In this document: positions 1-12,161 of the stretch, one piece after another
How the letters are laid out: every line of letters starts with the position of its first letter
Numbering within the stretch: the first letter of the stretch is position 1
Assembly: GCA_963797095.1 (NCBI GenBank)
Contig: CAWCNY010000003.1
Location: 928,001-992,000, forward strand
Length of the DNA: 64,000 nt
Direction: 5' to 3'
Source of the DNA: an uncultured Chloroflexia bacterium
GTDB taxonomy: Bacteria > Chloroflexota > Chloroflexia > QHBQ01 > JADMIH01
Program-made: the position numbers and the translations under genes
The notes under the pieces: generated by a model
Databases searched by the model: none
Seen by the model: the letters and a program-made list of their open reading frames with translations, nothing else
Told to the model about the DNA's origin: nothing

Positions 1-867
1 CTGCTCGAGACGGTAGACCTCGTACGTACCTTCGGGCATGGTGACAACCTGGTGCGCGCCTGTTCCGTATCGTTCGGCGTGCAGCCCGGCGAGATCGTTT
101 CTATTGTGGGCGAGAGCGGCAGCGGCAAAACCACCCTGAGTAGATTGCTGTTGAGACTGCTGGAGCCTACCAGCGGCAAAATCCTGTTCCGCGGCAAGGA
201 TATAACTCAGCTGCACAGCGGACGCGACCTCAAGAGGTACTGGCAGAAGGTGCAGGCTGTGTTCCAGGATCCCTACGCTGCTTTCAACCAGTTCTACACG
301 ATACGCCACGTTCTCTCTAACTCTGTGAACGTGTTGGACCGCCGCCCATCCGATAGTGAAAGGGTGGAGATGGTCAAAAACTCGCTTGTAGAAGTGGGGC
401 TGGATCCGACGGATGTGCTGGACAAGTGGCCGCACCAGCTTTCAGGAGGGCAGGTGCAGCGTGTGATGATCGCGCGGGCCCTGATGGCGGGACCGGAGGT
501 GCTCGTCGCAGACGAGCCTACCAGCATGCTTGACGCGTCGCTGCGTGTGACGGTGCTCAATCTGCTGATGGATCTTCGCAAGAAGCGCAACATGACCATC
601 CTGTTCATCACCCACGACCTGGGGCAGGCCTATTATGTAAGCGATAGGATCCTGGTGATGTATCGGGGAGACCTGGTCGAGCAAGGGCCTGTTGAGAAGG
701 TGCTTGGGGATCCCCAGCATGAGTATACAAAGCGATTGATGAGCGATGTGCCGCTGCTTCACGGGCGAGAGAGCATATTGACGCAAGCAGACGGCGAGGA
801 GCATAAGGAAAAAGACCACCATCTCATGCGAGTGATGGTATACGATTCCGACGAACGTTTATCCTGA
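1..867 (+). CDS. ABC transporter ATP-binding subunit, OppF/DppF family (5' partial)
   Basis: Walker A GESGSGKT, signature LSGGQ, VADEPTSMLD, FITHDL. The frame is open back to base 1 (LLETVDLVRTFG). Confidence 0.93.
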   Translation: MLETVDLVRTFGHGDNLVRACSVSFGVQPGEIVSIVGESGSGKTTLSRLLLRLLEPTSGKILFRGKDITQLHSGRDLKRYWQKVQAVFQDPYAAFNQFYTIRHVLSNSVNVLDRRPSDSERVEMVKNSLVEVGLDPTDVLDKWPHQLSGGQVQRVMIARALMAGPEVLVADEPTSMLDASLRVTVLNLLMDLRKKRNMTILFITHDLGQAYYVSDRILVMYRGDLVEQGPVEKVLGDPQHEYTKRLMSDVPLLHGRESILTQADGEEHKEKDHHLMRVMVYDSDERLS

Positions 868-890
868 TCAGGTGAATATCTCAGACAAGC

Positions 891-915
891 AGGGGCGGGT
901 GTCAAACCCGCCTCT
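891..915. repeat. REP-like palindrome (degenerate GTAG-type)
   Basis: AGGGGCGGGT-GTCAA-ACCCGCCTCT intergenic hairpin. Confidence 0.45.
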
Positions 916-968
916 ATAGCGGACGCTGCCATAAAGGCGTGTCCAGGAAGCATTGTAGGAGCGCGATT

Positions 969-3455
<2,487 letters not shown>

Positions 3456-3477
3456 CGAGAAAGAGTAGGAACAAACA

Positions 3478-5757
3478 ATGCCTGATATCCAATCGATAAT
3501 TGAAGGAATGACGCTTGAGGAAAAGGCGGCACTCTGCACGGGGGCCAGCGCCTGGACGACCACGCCTGTAGAGCATGTGGGCGTGCCTGAGATGACGGTA
3601 TCCGACGGGCCGCACGGATTGCGCCGGGTCGCCGATATGCACGCGCTTGTCAGTGAGGCTCTACCGGCCACCTGCTTCCCAACGGCATCGTGCATGGCCT
3701 CCACCTGGGATAAAGACCTGCTGTACAAGGTGGGGGAGGCGCTGGGTGAGGAGTGCATCGCGCTGAAAGTGGATGTGGTGCTTGGTCCCGGCGTCAACAT
3801 GAAGCGCACGCCTCTGTGCGGGCGCAACTTCGAGTACTATTCAGAGGATCCCTACCTTGCGGGCGAGATGGCCGTCAACTTCATCAACGGCGTGCAGAGC
3901 AAGGGGGTCGGCACATCGCTGAAGCACTTCGCCGCCAACAACCAGGAGTTCGAGCGCTTCACCATCAGCGCCGAGGTTGACGAGCGCACCCTGCGCGAGG
4001 TCTACCTGCCCGCGTTCGAGGCCGCCGTCACGAAGGCCAAGCCCTGGACGGTGATGTGCTCCTACAACAAGATCAACGGCACTTACGGCTCCGAGCACCA
4101 CCAGCTCCTTACCGACATCCTGAAGAATGAGTGGGGTTTCGAGGGCTTTGTAGTGTCCGACTGGGGCGCGGTACACGACCGGGTGGCCTCGCTGAAAGGT
4201 GGGTTGGACCTTGAGATGCCGGGTCCCAAGAATCGGCGTGTGCAAGCCGTCATAGACGCTGTGCGCTCAGGCGACCTCGATGAAGCCTTGCTGGATGAAT
4301 CGGTCCGGCGCATCCTCGGCATCGTTTTCAAGGCCGCCAAAACCCGCAAGGGTGGTGAGATCGACGTGGAGGCCCATCACGCTCTCGCCAGGGAAGTGGC
4401 GGCGGCAGGCATGGTGCTGCTCAAAAACAACGGCGTGCTCCCCTTGAAAAATGTGCAGCGCGTCGCCTTGATCGGGCGTGCGGCCAAAGAGCCATATTTC
4501 CAGGGCGGTGGAAGCTCGCACATCAACCCCACGAAGGTGGCTATCCCCTTCGATGAGGTGCAGAAGCTGGCCCCGGAGGCCACCCTCACCTACGCCGATG
4601 GCTATCCCGCCGACGACAGTATGCAGCAGGGGCTGATCGATGAAGCGGTGGGAGCCGCCCGCGCCGCCGAAGTGGCGCTCCTCTTCATCGCCCTGCCGTC
4701 CTACAAGGAGTCGGAGGGCTACGACCGCGTAGACCTCGACCTGACGGGCCAGCAGGTGGCCTTGATCAAGGCGGTCAGCGCAGCCCAGCCCAACACGGTG
4801 GTGATCCTCAACAACGGCTCCGCCATAACTATGAGCGACTGGATCGACGGCCCGGCAGCCGTGCTCGAAGCCTGGATGATGGGACAGGCGGGCGGCGGGG
4901 CGATAGCCGACATCCTCTTTGGGGAAATCAATCCATCGGGCAAGCTGGCCGAGACATTCCCCCTGAAATTGAGCGACACCCCCGCCTACATCAACTATCC
5001 AGGCGAGAATGGCGAAGTGCGCTACGGCGAGGGGATGTTCATCGGCTACCGCTACTACGACGCCAGGGAAGTGCCTGTGCTCTTCCCATTCGGCTATGGC
5101 GGCAGCTACACCACTTTCGCCTACAACTCCCCCACTGTCTCCGCAACTACCTTCAAGGACACAGACGGGCTGACCGTATCGGTCGATGTGACCAACACCG
5201 GGCAGGTGGCGGGGAAAGAGGTCGTGCAGGTGTACGTGCACGACCACAAATCGAAGCTGGTGCGTCCGCAGAAGGAACTAAAGGGCTTCGCCACAGTCGC
5301 GCTCCAGCCGGGCGAAACCAAAACCGTCAATATCCCGCTCAACTTCCGCTCGTTTGCCTGCTGGCACCCACTCCACAAGCAGTGGGTCACGGAGGACGGC
5401 GAGTTCGACATCTTGATCGGCGCTTCCTCCGCCGACATCCGCTTCACCGAGACCGTCACGTTGCAATCGACGATGGAGTTACCTCCTACGCTCAACCGCG
5501 AGTCGACCGTGCGCGACTGGCTGGACGACACGCGGGGCAAGGCGATGGTCGAGCCGATATTCCGCGAGATAGCAGCCCAGTGGGAGAGGATGATCGGCTC
5601 CCTAGACGACGGAGGCAAAGAGGCTAGAGACTCCATGATGGGTATGCTCGACATGCCTCTGCTCAGCATCCTGCATTTCCAGGAAGACAACCTGCCCATG
5701 CCCGCCGACGATATGGTGGAGGCCCTGCTTGTGCAGGTGAGCGCGTCGGGGGAGTAG
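3478..5757 (+). CDS. Beta-glucosidase, GH3 with Fn3-like C-terminal domain
   Basis: SDGPHG, GRNFEYYSEDP, KHFAANNQE, VVSDWG, ESEGYDR, FPFGYG, KELKGF. Confidence 0.94.
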   Translation: MPDIQSIIEGMTLEEKAALCTGASAWTTTPVEHVGVPEMTVSDGPHGLRRVADMHALVSEALPATCFPTASCMASTWDKDLLYKVGEALGEECIALKVDVVLGPGVNMKRTPLCGRNFEYYSEDPYLAGEMAVNFINGVQSKGVGTSLKHFAANNQEFERFTISAEVDERTLREVYLPAFEAAVTKAKPWTVMCSYNKINGTYGSEHHQLLTDILKNEWGFEGFVVSDWGAVHDRVASLKGGLDLEMPGPKNRRVQAVIDAVRSGDLDEALLDESVRRILGIVFKAAKTRKGGEIDVEAHHALAREVAAAGMVLLKNNGVLPLKNVQRVALIGRAAKEPYFQGGGSSHINPTKVAIPFDEVQKLAPEATLTYADGYPADDSMQQGLIDEAVGAARAAEVALLFIALPSYKESEGYDRVDLDLTGQQVALIKAVSAAQPNTVVILNNGSAITMSDWIDGPAAVLEAWMMGQAGGGAIADILFGEINPSGKLAETFPLKLSDTPAYINYPGENGEVRYGEGMFIGYRYYDAREVPVLFPFGYGGSYTTFAYNSPTVSATTFKDTDGLTVSVDVTNTGQVAGKEVVQVYVHDHKSKLVRPQKELKGFATVALQPGETKTVNIPLNFRSFACWHPLHKQWVTEDGEFDILIGASSADIRFTETVTLQSTMELPPTLNRESTVRDWLDDTRGKAMVEPIFREIAAQWERMIGSLDDGGKEARDSMMGMLDMPLLSILHFQEDNLPMPADDMVEALLVQVSASGE

Positions 5758-5790
5758 GTTAGAGCACAAAGGTGTAGGAAAGGATACAAA

Positions 5791-5814
5791 GGGCCGGGCA
5801 CGCATACCCGGCCC
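5791..5814. repeat. GC-rich intergenic hairpin (REP-like or mRNA stabiliser)
   Basis: GGGCCGGG-N8-CCCGGCCC with no U-tract. Confidence 0.4.
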
Positions 5815-5857
5815 CTAAATCGCTACGCTATACGAACCACATCTTGAGGAGAACGCC

Positions 5858-6769
5858 ATGCAAGCAGAACTCAAGCACAAAATAGAGTTCGGCTGGTTCA
5901 TGCCCGCCGGGGCATTGACCGAGGACAGGCAAATACCTGTGGCCGTGCAGGAAGATGGCGAGATCCTGGCGACCGTGGCCGAGTATTTCGATTCTGTGTG
6001 GGTGCCAGACCACTTTTATGCCTTCCGCGCCCCCGCCGACGCCTATATAGAGTGCTGGACCACCATGGCCTGGGTCGCTGCCCGCTACCCCAGCCTGAAG
6101 GTCGGGCCTACCGTGCTCGGCGTCGGCTACCGCAACCCGGCCATGCTTGCGAAGATGGCCTCCACTCTCCAGGCGCTGAGCCACGGGCGATACATCATGG
6201 GCATCGGCGCGGGCTGGCGCGGCCCCGAATACACCGCCTACGGCTATCCTTTCCCGGCCGCTCACGTGCGCATACAGCAGCTTGACGAAGCGGTGCAGAT
6301 CATGCGCCTCATGTGGACCCAGCCCGCCCCCTCATTCCAGGGCAAGCACTTCCAGATCGAAAACGCCTATTGCGAGCCGCGCCCCAACCCCGCTATCCCG
6401 ATCATGATCGGCGGTGGCGGTGAAAAGCTGATGCTGCCGCTGGTAGCGCGACTGGCCGACATGTGGGACCGATACCACGGCGGCTCGCTCGAGGAGATAA
6501 ATCTTGAGGATTACAAACAAAAGCTGGAGATCGTGCAGCGACACGCCTCGGAAGCGGGCCGCGACCCGTCGGAAATAGCGCAGAGCTACACCATCGAGAG
6601 CGGTGAGTTGCCCGGATCAAGCGCGGAGTCGGCCAATTGGGTGAGGCACCTGCAACCGCTGGTCGAACTGGGCGTGCGCCAGTTTATAGTGGGCTTCGGG
6701 GATGTCAGCGACCCTGACCTGGTTAAGCGCTTTGCTGACGAGGTAATAGCGCCAGTACGGCAAGGATAG
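5858..6769 (+). CDS. LLM-class flavin/F420-dependent oxidoreductase
   Basis: FDSVWVPDHF, YRNPAMLAKMASTL, GIGAGW, PIMIGGGGEK. Confidence 0.88.
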   Translation: MQAELKHKIEFGWFMPAGALTEDRQIPVAVQEDGEILATVAEYFDSVWVPDHFYAFRAPADAYIECWTTMAWVAARYPSLKVGPTVLGVGYRNPAMLAKMASTLQALSHGRYIMGIGAGWRGPEYTAYGYPFPAAHVRIQQLDEAVQIMRLMWTQPAPSFQGKHFQIENAYCEPRPNPAIPIMIGGGGEKLMLPLVARLADMWDRYHGGSLEEINLEDYKQKLEIVQRHASEAGRDPSEIAQSYTIESGELPGSSAESANWVRHLQPLVELGVRQFIVGFGDVSDPDLVKRFADEVIAPVRQG

Positions 6770-6789
6770 AAGCAGAAGGAGGTAGAGGG

Positions 6790-7761
6790 ATGCGGTATCG
6801 AACTTTTGGCCGCCTGGGCTGGCAGGTGAGCGAGATCGGGTATGGCATGTGGGGCATGGGCGGTTGGAGCGGCGCTGACGACGATGTGTCGCGCCAGTCG
6901 CTGCAAAAGGCGGTGGACCTGGGCTGCAACTTCTACGATACAGCCTGGGGGTATGGAGCTGGGCATAGTGAGGGGCTGCTGGGCGAGATTGTGAAGGCGA
7001 ACCCCGACAAGCGCCTGTACACGGCGACCAAGATCCCTCCCAAGAACTGGCAGTGGCCTTCGCGGCGAGGCGACCCGGTGAGTGAAGCCTTCCCACCCGA
7101 TCACATCCGCGAATATGCAGAGAAGAGCCTCGAAAACCTGGGGTTGCCGAGCGTGGACCTGATCCAGTTCCATGTCTGGGAGGACGCGTGGGCAGACGAC
7201 CCAGGGTGGCAGCGAGCCATAGACGAACTGAAGCGCGAAGGGCTTGTGAAGGGCGTCGGGATCAGCATCAACAGGTGGGAGCCGTGGAACGCTATTCGTA
7301 CAGTCAACACCGGCTTCATCGACAGCGTGCAGGTGATCTACAACATCTTCGACCAGGCCCCGGAGGACGAGCTATTTCCAGCTTGTCGCGCCCAAAACGT
7401 GGCGGTGATCGCCCGCGTGCCCTTTGATGAAGGCACGCTGACCGGTACGCTGACCAGGGAGAGCAAATGGCCCGAGGGCGACTGGCGCAACAGCTACTTT
7501 GTGCCCGAAAACCTGAACTCCAGCGTCGAGCATGCGGATGCGCTGAAGCCTTTGGTGCCCCGGGGCATGACGATGGCGGAGATGGCGTTGCGGTTCATCC
7601 TGTCGGACACCGACGTTAGCACAACCATCCCAGGGATGCGCTCGCCCGCACGAGTTGAGCAGAACTTCAAGGCGGGCGATGAGGGACCGCTGCCGGAGGA
7701 ATTGCGCGCACAGTTGCGCGCCCACCGCTGGGACCGGGAACCGACCGAGTGGTCGCAATAG
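6790..7761 (+). CDS. Aldo/keto reductase
   Basis: VSEIGYG, YDTAWGYG, ATK, DLIQFH, QVIYN, TIPGM. Confidence 0.9.
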   Translation: MRYRTFGRLGWQVSEIGYGMWGMGGWSGADDDVSRQSLQKAVDLGCNFYDTAWGYGAGHSEGLLGEIVKANPDKRLYTATKIPPKNWQWPSRRGDPVSEAFPPDHIREYAEKSLENLGLPSVDLIQFHVWEDAWADDPGWQRAIDELKREGLVKGVGISINRWEPWNAIRTVNTGFIDSVQVIYNIFDQAPEDELFPACRAQNVAVIARVPFDEGTLTGTLTRESKWPEGDWRNSYFVPENLNSSVEHADALKPLVPRGMTMAEMALRFILSDTDVSTTIPGMRSPARVEQNFKAGDEGPLPEELRAQLRAHRWDREPTEWSQ

Positions 7762-8081
7762 GGCGCAACAGGAGTTGTGTTGGCTGAATAGCTGAATAGC
7801 GGTGTAGGGCCTTCCCGATTGGGAGCAGTGCGTAGCTCCACTATTTGCGCCCGGGGGTGACGGCGGCTGTTGCCGTTGTGCTCCGGCTCATATTGCCTGG
7901 TGCGTGGCTCGCTGCGGGCGAGGCTGACGCGCCGGATTGCCGAGCCAACATCCGGTAGTGTCGATCCCAGGGCGCCGGCCTATTTGTACAAGGCCATGCA
8001 TACCGGGCACTTTGCCCTGGATTGCAACCGATCTTTTACCTTCTTACACTCAAATATCCACTGTTGAGAGCTACACTTTAG

Positions 8082-8193
8082 AGTGGAGGAGTACGCCCCG
8101 CGACCGGGCCACTGTGCAACTCCCATAGGAGAGAGCGTCTACACAACAGCCCAATTCATGGCACGATCCTCAGATAAGCGGGGCGTCGCCACT
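8082..8193 (+). promoter_or_regulatory. Candidate structured 5' leader RNA
   Basis: Nested helices AGTGG/CCACT, ACGCCCCGC/GCGGGGCGT, GGGC/GCCC and CTCC-CATA-GGAG, just downstream of a TACACT -10-like hexamer (8072-8077). Confidence 0.35.
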
Positions 8194-8261
8194 GCCTGAC
8201 AATAGCGATCATGATCGATCATGAGCTTCAGCAGTGCGTACGAAGCAAAAGGAGGAAAGAG

Positions 8262-10931
8262 ATGAACGTGCCTGGTGGAGTAAAACGCGCAGCGACTGTC
8301 CTGTTGGGATTGGTTTTGCTCCTGATGCCCGCGATGGGCTCCCTCACCTATGACGTAAGGAGCGTGAGCGCCCACGATACGTTCGCCGACCCGGCTTTCC
8401 AGCGAGTTTGGAACCATTGCGACATGCCGGTCGAAGCGGAGATGGCTGCGCGCTCATGGATGTGGGGACCTGAGGACTTCTACACCGCCTACGAGGCTTA
8501 CGCGGAGGGCCAGGGCGGCCAGCACCTGGTCAGCTATTTTGATAAGAGCCGTATGGAGATCAACGATCCTGATGGCGACCGCAACTCCGAATGGTTCGTG
8601 ACCAACGGGTTGCTGGTGGTCGATATGATTTCAGGAAGAATACAGGTGGGCGATAACATGTTTGTTCAGGCAACTCCTGCCAAGATACCGGTGGCGGGCG
8701 ATCAGTTGCCCGGCAACAAAGCACCCACTTATGCTAGCCTGGCAGGGGTGGCCTCTCTCAAGAACGACAATCGAGCGCCCGACCGCACAGGCCAGTACGT
8801 GCGAGAGGGCCTGGGCGGTGCAGGCAATGTCGGGATGGTAAACGATACCCTCTCGACGCTCACCCGTTATGCGGTGTATGAGCCAACCCTGGGCCACAAC
8901 ATTCCCGATGTCTTCTGGACTTTCATGAACCAGAAGGGCATCACCTATCACGATAGCGGCTATGTGTATGATGATATGGTGGTTGACTGGCACTTCGCCA
9001 TGGGCTACCCGATCACAGAGCCATACTGGATTCAGATCGGGGTTGACGGCGGGCAGCGATGGGTGCTGATGCAGGCGTTCCAGCGCCGCACCCTCACTTA
9101 CTCTCCCTACAACCCCGACCCCTGGAAAGTGGAGATGGCTAACGTGGGGCGCGCTTACTACGACTGGCGCTATATGCAGGCCGGGCAGGTCACCCCTACG
9201 CCGGTGCCCGTTCCAACCTTCACGCCCGGCCTCACCGATACGCCGGTGCCCGCGCCCTATATCGCCGTTAGCCCGACTCAAGGCAACATCAATACCCAGA
9301 TAACCGTCGTGGGACGCAACTTCCCTCCCTACTCCACAGTCACAATCGGGGTAGAGAAGTCGGGCACGCGATACGCACATACTATAACGGTGCTGAACGC
9401 CAAACCTGACGGCACCTTTCAGGCGCAGTTCAAGCTGCCAAACGACGCTGCCCAACTGGGCAGCCTCACCATCACTGCCACCGCCAACGCCGGCGGCATA
9501 CGGGTTACCGCAGGCTTCACGCTGGTATACAACCCGGCGATCACTGTCACTCCACGCGAGGTGATCGCCGACCACAGCATCCGCATACGTGGCGAGGGCT
9601 TCCCGGCCCAGACCGAGATCAGGTTGAGCATGGTCCTGGTTGGCAGCGGTGAAAGCCTCGCGGTCAGGAACACCGACAAGGATGGCGCTTTTGATACCAC
9701 AATAGCGATACATAAGGCGGCAGGTACTCAGTTCCGGGTGGCAGCCGCCACCGCCGACGGCAATTTCAAGATTACTACCGACTACACGATCACGGTTATC
9801 CGACAGCCGAGCGTAACGGCCAGCCCCGATAGAGGGCCTGTCGGCGCTTATGTTACATTTACGGGCTCAGCCTGGCCTCCCAATCGCGCCATACATGTTG
9901 GCACGAAGGCGCTGAATAGCACATCGGACGCCTGGCTTCCCAACCCTATCTACAGCGATGCAAACGGCAACTTCTCGACCTCCATGTGGGTCGGTCGCGA
10001 ATACGCTCCCTATACCGAAGTGCGCTTGATAGCATCCGATCCGATCAGCACGGTCCGCATGGAGGCTTCGTATTATGTTGTTCCATCCGGCCCCATACCG
10101 ACGCCAACCCCCGGCATCCCAGCGATCACCATAAGTCCGAACGCCGCAGTTGTCGGGCAGGTTGTGACGGCCACGGGCAGCGGCTGGCCTGCTGGCGCCC
10201 AGGTGTGGCTCGGTCTTGGCCGTGCTTCGGTGGAGGAAGCGGTCGGTGTAGCGCAGGCGGACGCCAACGGGGCCTTCAGCCACAGCTTCATACTCAGCAG
10301 CCGGTGGTACGGTGCGGGCCAGATAACGCTCACCGCTTACACAACCAGCGGCAGCGCCACCGCTCCGCTCTGGGTGCTTTCGGGTGGGAGGGTGGCGCCC
10401 GCCGGGATGCCTATGAAAGTGTGGACTTACCAGCTCAAGGATAACGCCACCTATATCTCCGCGAAGGGTGATGGCTGGCGGCCAAACAGCCAGGTGGAGG
10501 CGCGCATAATCTCGGCTGATGGTACGATGAACGTACTTTTGGCCGCAGCTACCACCAATTCGAACGGCTGCTTCTCGGTAGGTGGTTACGAGGCTGCCGA
10601 GTGGGGGGGCAGGACCGATCTCGGCCTTCAGGTGAGCACACCGGACGGCCAGCAGTATTCGATACGCTACCTGCCTCTTACCCAAATGAGCAAGATTCAG
10701 GGTACAGGCAACACGTACCAGGCGACGGGCAGCAACTGGCCTGCGTCAACAAGCATAGAAGTGGTGCTCCACCTGGCGAACGAGCCTGAAGAGGTAATGG
10801 GCACTGCCGTTAGCGACGCCGGCGGGCAGTTCAGCTTGCAGGTAACCTTACCCAGGATCCCGGACAACAACAAGAATGATGTCGAGATCAGGGCTGTCGA
10901 TCAGCCTTATTGCGCGACCATCGACTTCTAG
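8262..10931 (+). CDS. Large secreted protein: uncharacterised N-terminal domain, Pro/Thr linkers, about 5 Ig-like repeats
   Basis: ATG after AGGAGG; signal peptide; FADPAFQRVW..RSWMWGP..YFDKSRMEI..MGYPITEPYW..QAFQRRTLTY; repeated V.G..(F/W)P....V and D.NG.F modules. Confidence 0.75.
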   Translation: MNVPGGVKRAATVLLGLVLLLMPAMGSLTYDVRSVSAHDTFADPAFQRVWNHCDMPVEAEMAARSWMWGPEDFYTAYEAYAEGQGGQHLVSYFDKSRMEINDPDGDRNSEWFVTNGLLVVDMISGRIQVGDNMFVQATPAKIPVAGDQLPGNKAPTYASLAGVASLKNDNRAPDRTGQYVREGLGGAGNVGMVNDTLSTLTRYAVYEPTLGHNIPDVFWTFMNQKGITYHDSGYVYDDMVVDWHFAMGYPITEPYWIQIGVDGGQRWVLMQAFQRRTLTYSPYNPDPWKVEMANVGRAYYDWRYMQAGQVTPTPVPVPTFTPGLTDTPVPAPYIAVSPTQGNINTQITVVGRNFPPYSTVTIGVEKSGTRYAHTITVLNAKPDGTFQAQFKLPNDAAQLGSLTITATANAGGIRVTAGFTLVYNPAITVTPREVIADHSIRIRGEGFPAQTEIRLSMVLVGSGESLAVRNTDKDGAFDTTIAIHKAAGTQFRVAAATADGNFKITTDYTITVIRQPSVTASPDRGPVGAYVTFTGSAWPPNRAIHVGTKALNSTSDAWLPNPIYSDANGNFSTSMWVGREYAPYTEVRLIASDPISTVRMEASYYVVPSGPIPTPTPGIPAITISPNAAVVGQVVTATGSGWPAGAQVWLGLGRASVEEAVGVAQADANGAFSHSFILSSRWYGAGQITLTAYTTSGSATAPLWVLSGGRVAPAGMPMKVWTYQLKDNATYISAKGDGWRPNSQVEARIISADGTMNVLLAAATTNSNGCFSVGGYEAAEWGGRTDLGLQVSTPDGQQYSIRYLPLTQMSKIQGTGNTYQATGSNWPASTSIEVVLHLANEPEEVMGTAVSDAGGQFSLQVTLPRIPDNNKNDVEIRAVDQPYCATIDF

Positions 10932-11046
10932 CAGACCTGCGGCTTCCGTACAGGATGGAGTGGGCCATAGTCCGCGGTGGGACCTTGGCCCTTGAGGGTG
11001 CCAAGATTGGCGATCCTGGGAATTACATGATGATCGATAGAAGGGC

Positions 11047-11520
11047 ATGCGCATGGTTTCCACCACTGATTATGAGAAGATTATCGACATAGCAGTGATT
11101 GTTATAGCTAACCTGACAAATCTGCTGCTGGCGGGCATGTTCCTGGCTCGCGCTGTTGGGCAGGAAGGGGTTGGGCGCGTGCTGGGCACGGGAGTTGTGG
11201 CTCTAGCCGTGCCGCTAGTTGTGGCCGTGGTGCTGAATGCCTTACGCGGGCGGGATCTGTGGTTGGTTGTGCTGCCGGGGCCTCTTATTGCGTATTGCGC
11301 CGTCGAGCTTGTTCTGGATTACGTACTGAGGAGTGATTTCCGGCAGACCTTTTTGCTTGGACCTTACCTGCTGCTCTACTATGCAGGCTTGATGGCGATG
11401 ATCGGATACGCATTCCTGGTCGATAAGCGTGCCGGATTCGTCACTCTCGCTACCTATTTCGTGAGTTTGGGGGCCACTTTCTATTCATTCGCGCGGGTGG
11501 GTCACGGCCCGCTTGTGTAG
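11047..11520 (+). CDS. Hypothetical integral membrane protein (about 5 TM helices)
   Basis: Series of hydrophobic stretches; no recognised motif. Confidence 0.7.
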   Translation: MRMVSTTDYEKIIDIAVIVIANLTNLLLAGMFLARAVGQEGVGRVLGTGVVALAVPLVVAVVLNALRGRDLWLVVLPGPLIAYCAVELVLDYVLRSDFRQTFLLGPYLLLYYAGLMAMIGYAFLVDKRAGFVTLATYFVSLGATFYSFARVGHGPLV

Positions 11521-11556
11521 CTCTACTCAGTAGAGAAGGCGGTGGCTCAGGTGAGG

Positions 11557-12006
11557 TTATTTGTTTTGGCCCAACCACTGCGGGGCCGTTGCCGTCGATG
11601 CAAGTCCCGGGTCCGGTACATATGGCTTGATGTCGAGGACAGGCGTGCCGTCGAGGGCGTCCAGCCCCTTCACCGTCAGCACGTTACCCGCTATACCGAG
11701 TAGCTGCGCGGTCGTGATGCCGAGCGGGCATGGCCGGAACTGCGTGCGAGTGGCGAATACGCCTGTCAGCGGCCAGTCCATGCGGTCGCGCGGGTGGCGC
11801 ACCAGGTCCTTGGCGGGATCGAAGTGGGCGCGGTCCAGATAGAAGACCACCACGATGTGCGAGTAGTCGGAAAGGCCGCGCAGGCCAGGGACCAGCGCAT
11901 CTTCGAGCGTGATCTCGGACACCACGCCGGCCCAACCGGTAAAGGCTATTTCCGTGACCGGCGACCCGACCACACCGATTGCTTGCAAAGTCATTTCGAG
12001 TTTCAT
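11557..12006 (-). CDS. tsaA: TsaA/TrmO-family SAM-binding protein (tRNA m6t6A37 methyltransferase-like)
   Basis: IGVVGSP, GLSDYSHI, GVFATRTQFRPCPLG, GLDALDGTPVLDIKPY. Start at 12006 after AGGAGGT. Confidence 0.85.
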   Translation of the reverse strand: MKLEMTLQAIGVVGSPVTEIAFTGWAGVVSEITLEDALVPGLRGLSDYSHIVVVFYLDRAHFDPAKDLVRHPRDRMDWPLTGVFATRTQFRPCPLGITTAQLLGIAGNVLTVKGLDALDGTPVLDIKPYVPDPGLASTATAPQWLGQNK

Positions 12007-12161
12007 CTTACCTCCTATTCGGGGCTGGACCTCTTCCCCTCTATTCTTCACCATATTGTCACCGACATCCACTCGATACTCTACCTTTGACCGCTATTCT
12101 TAGACTGGAAGCGTGTTTTATCGCGCACCTGGACCCTTTGCATCGGTTCAAGGAGGAACAG

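Noticed and set aside
8145-8180. SAM-I riboswitch (GCCCAATTC...AGATAAG resemblance)
   Set aside because: No 5' P1 (TTATC/ATC..GAG) or GCAACC-GGTGC core, and the downstream gene is unrelated to methionine.
8631-9713. Long antisense ORFs (also 4267-5247, 39145-40170, 40732-41793 and others)
   Set aside because: Expected shadows of GC-rich coding genes; no motifs or RBS support.
11979-12161. N-terminal extension of the methionine gamma-lyase ORF
   Set aside because: Overlaps the divergent tsaA start; a strong SD precedes ATG 12162.
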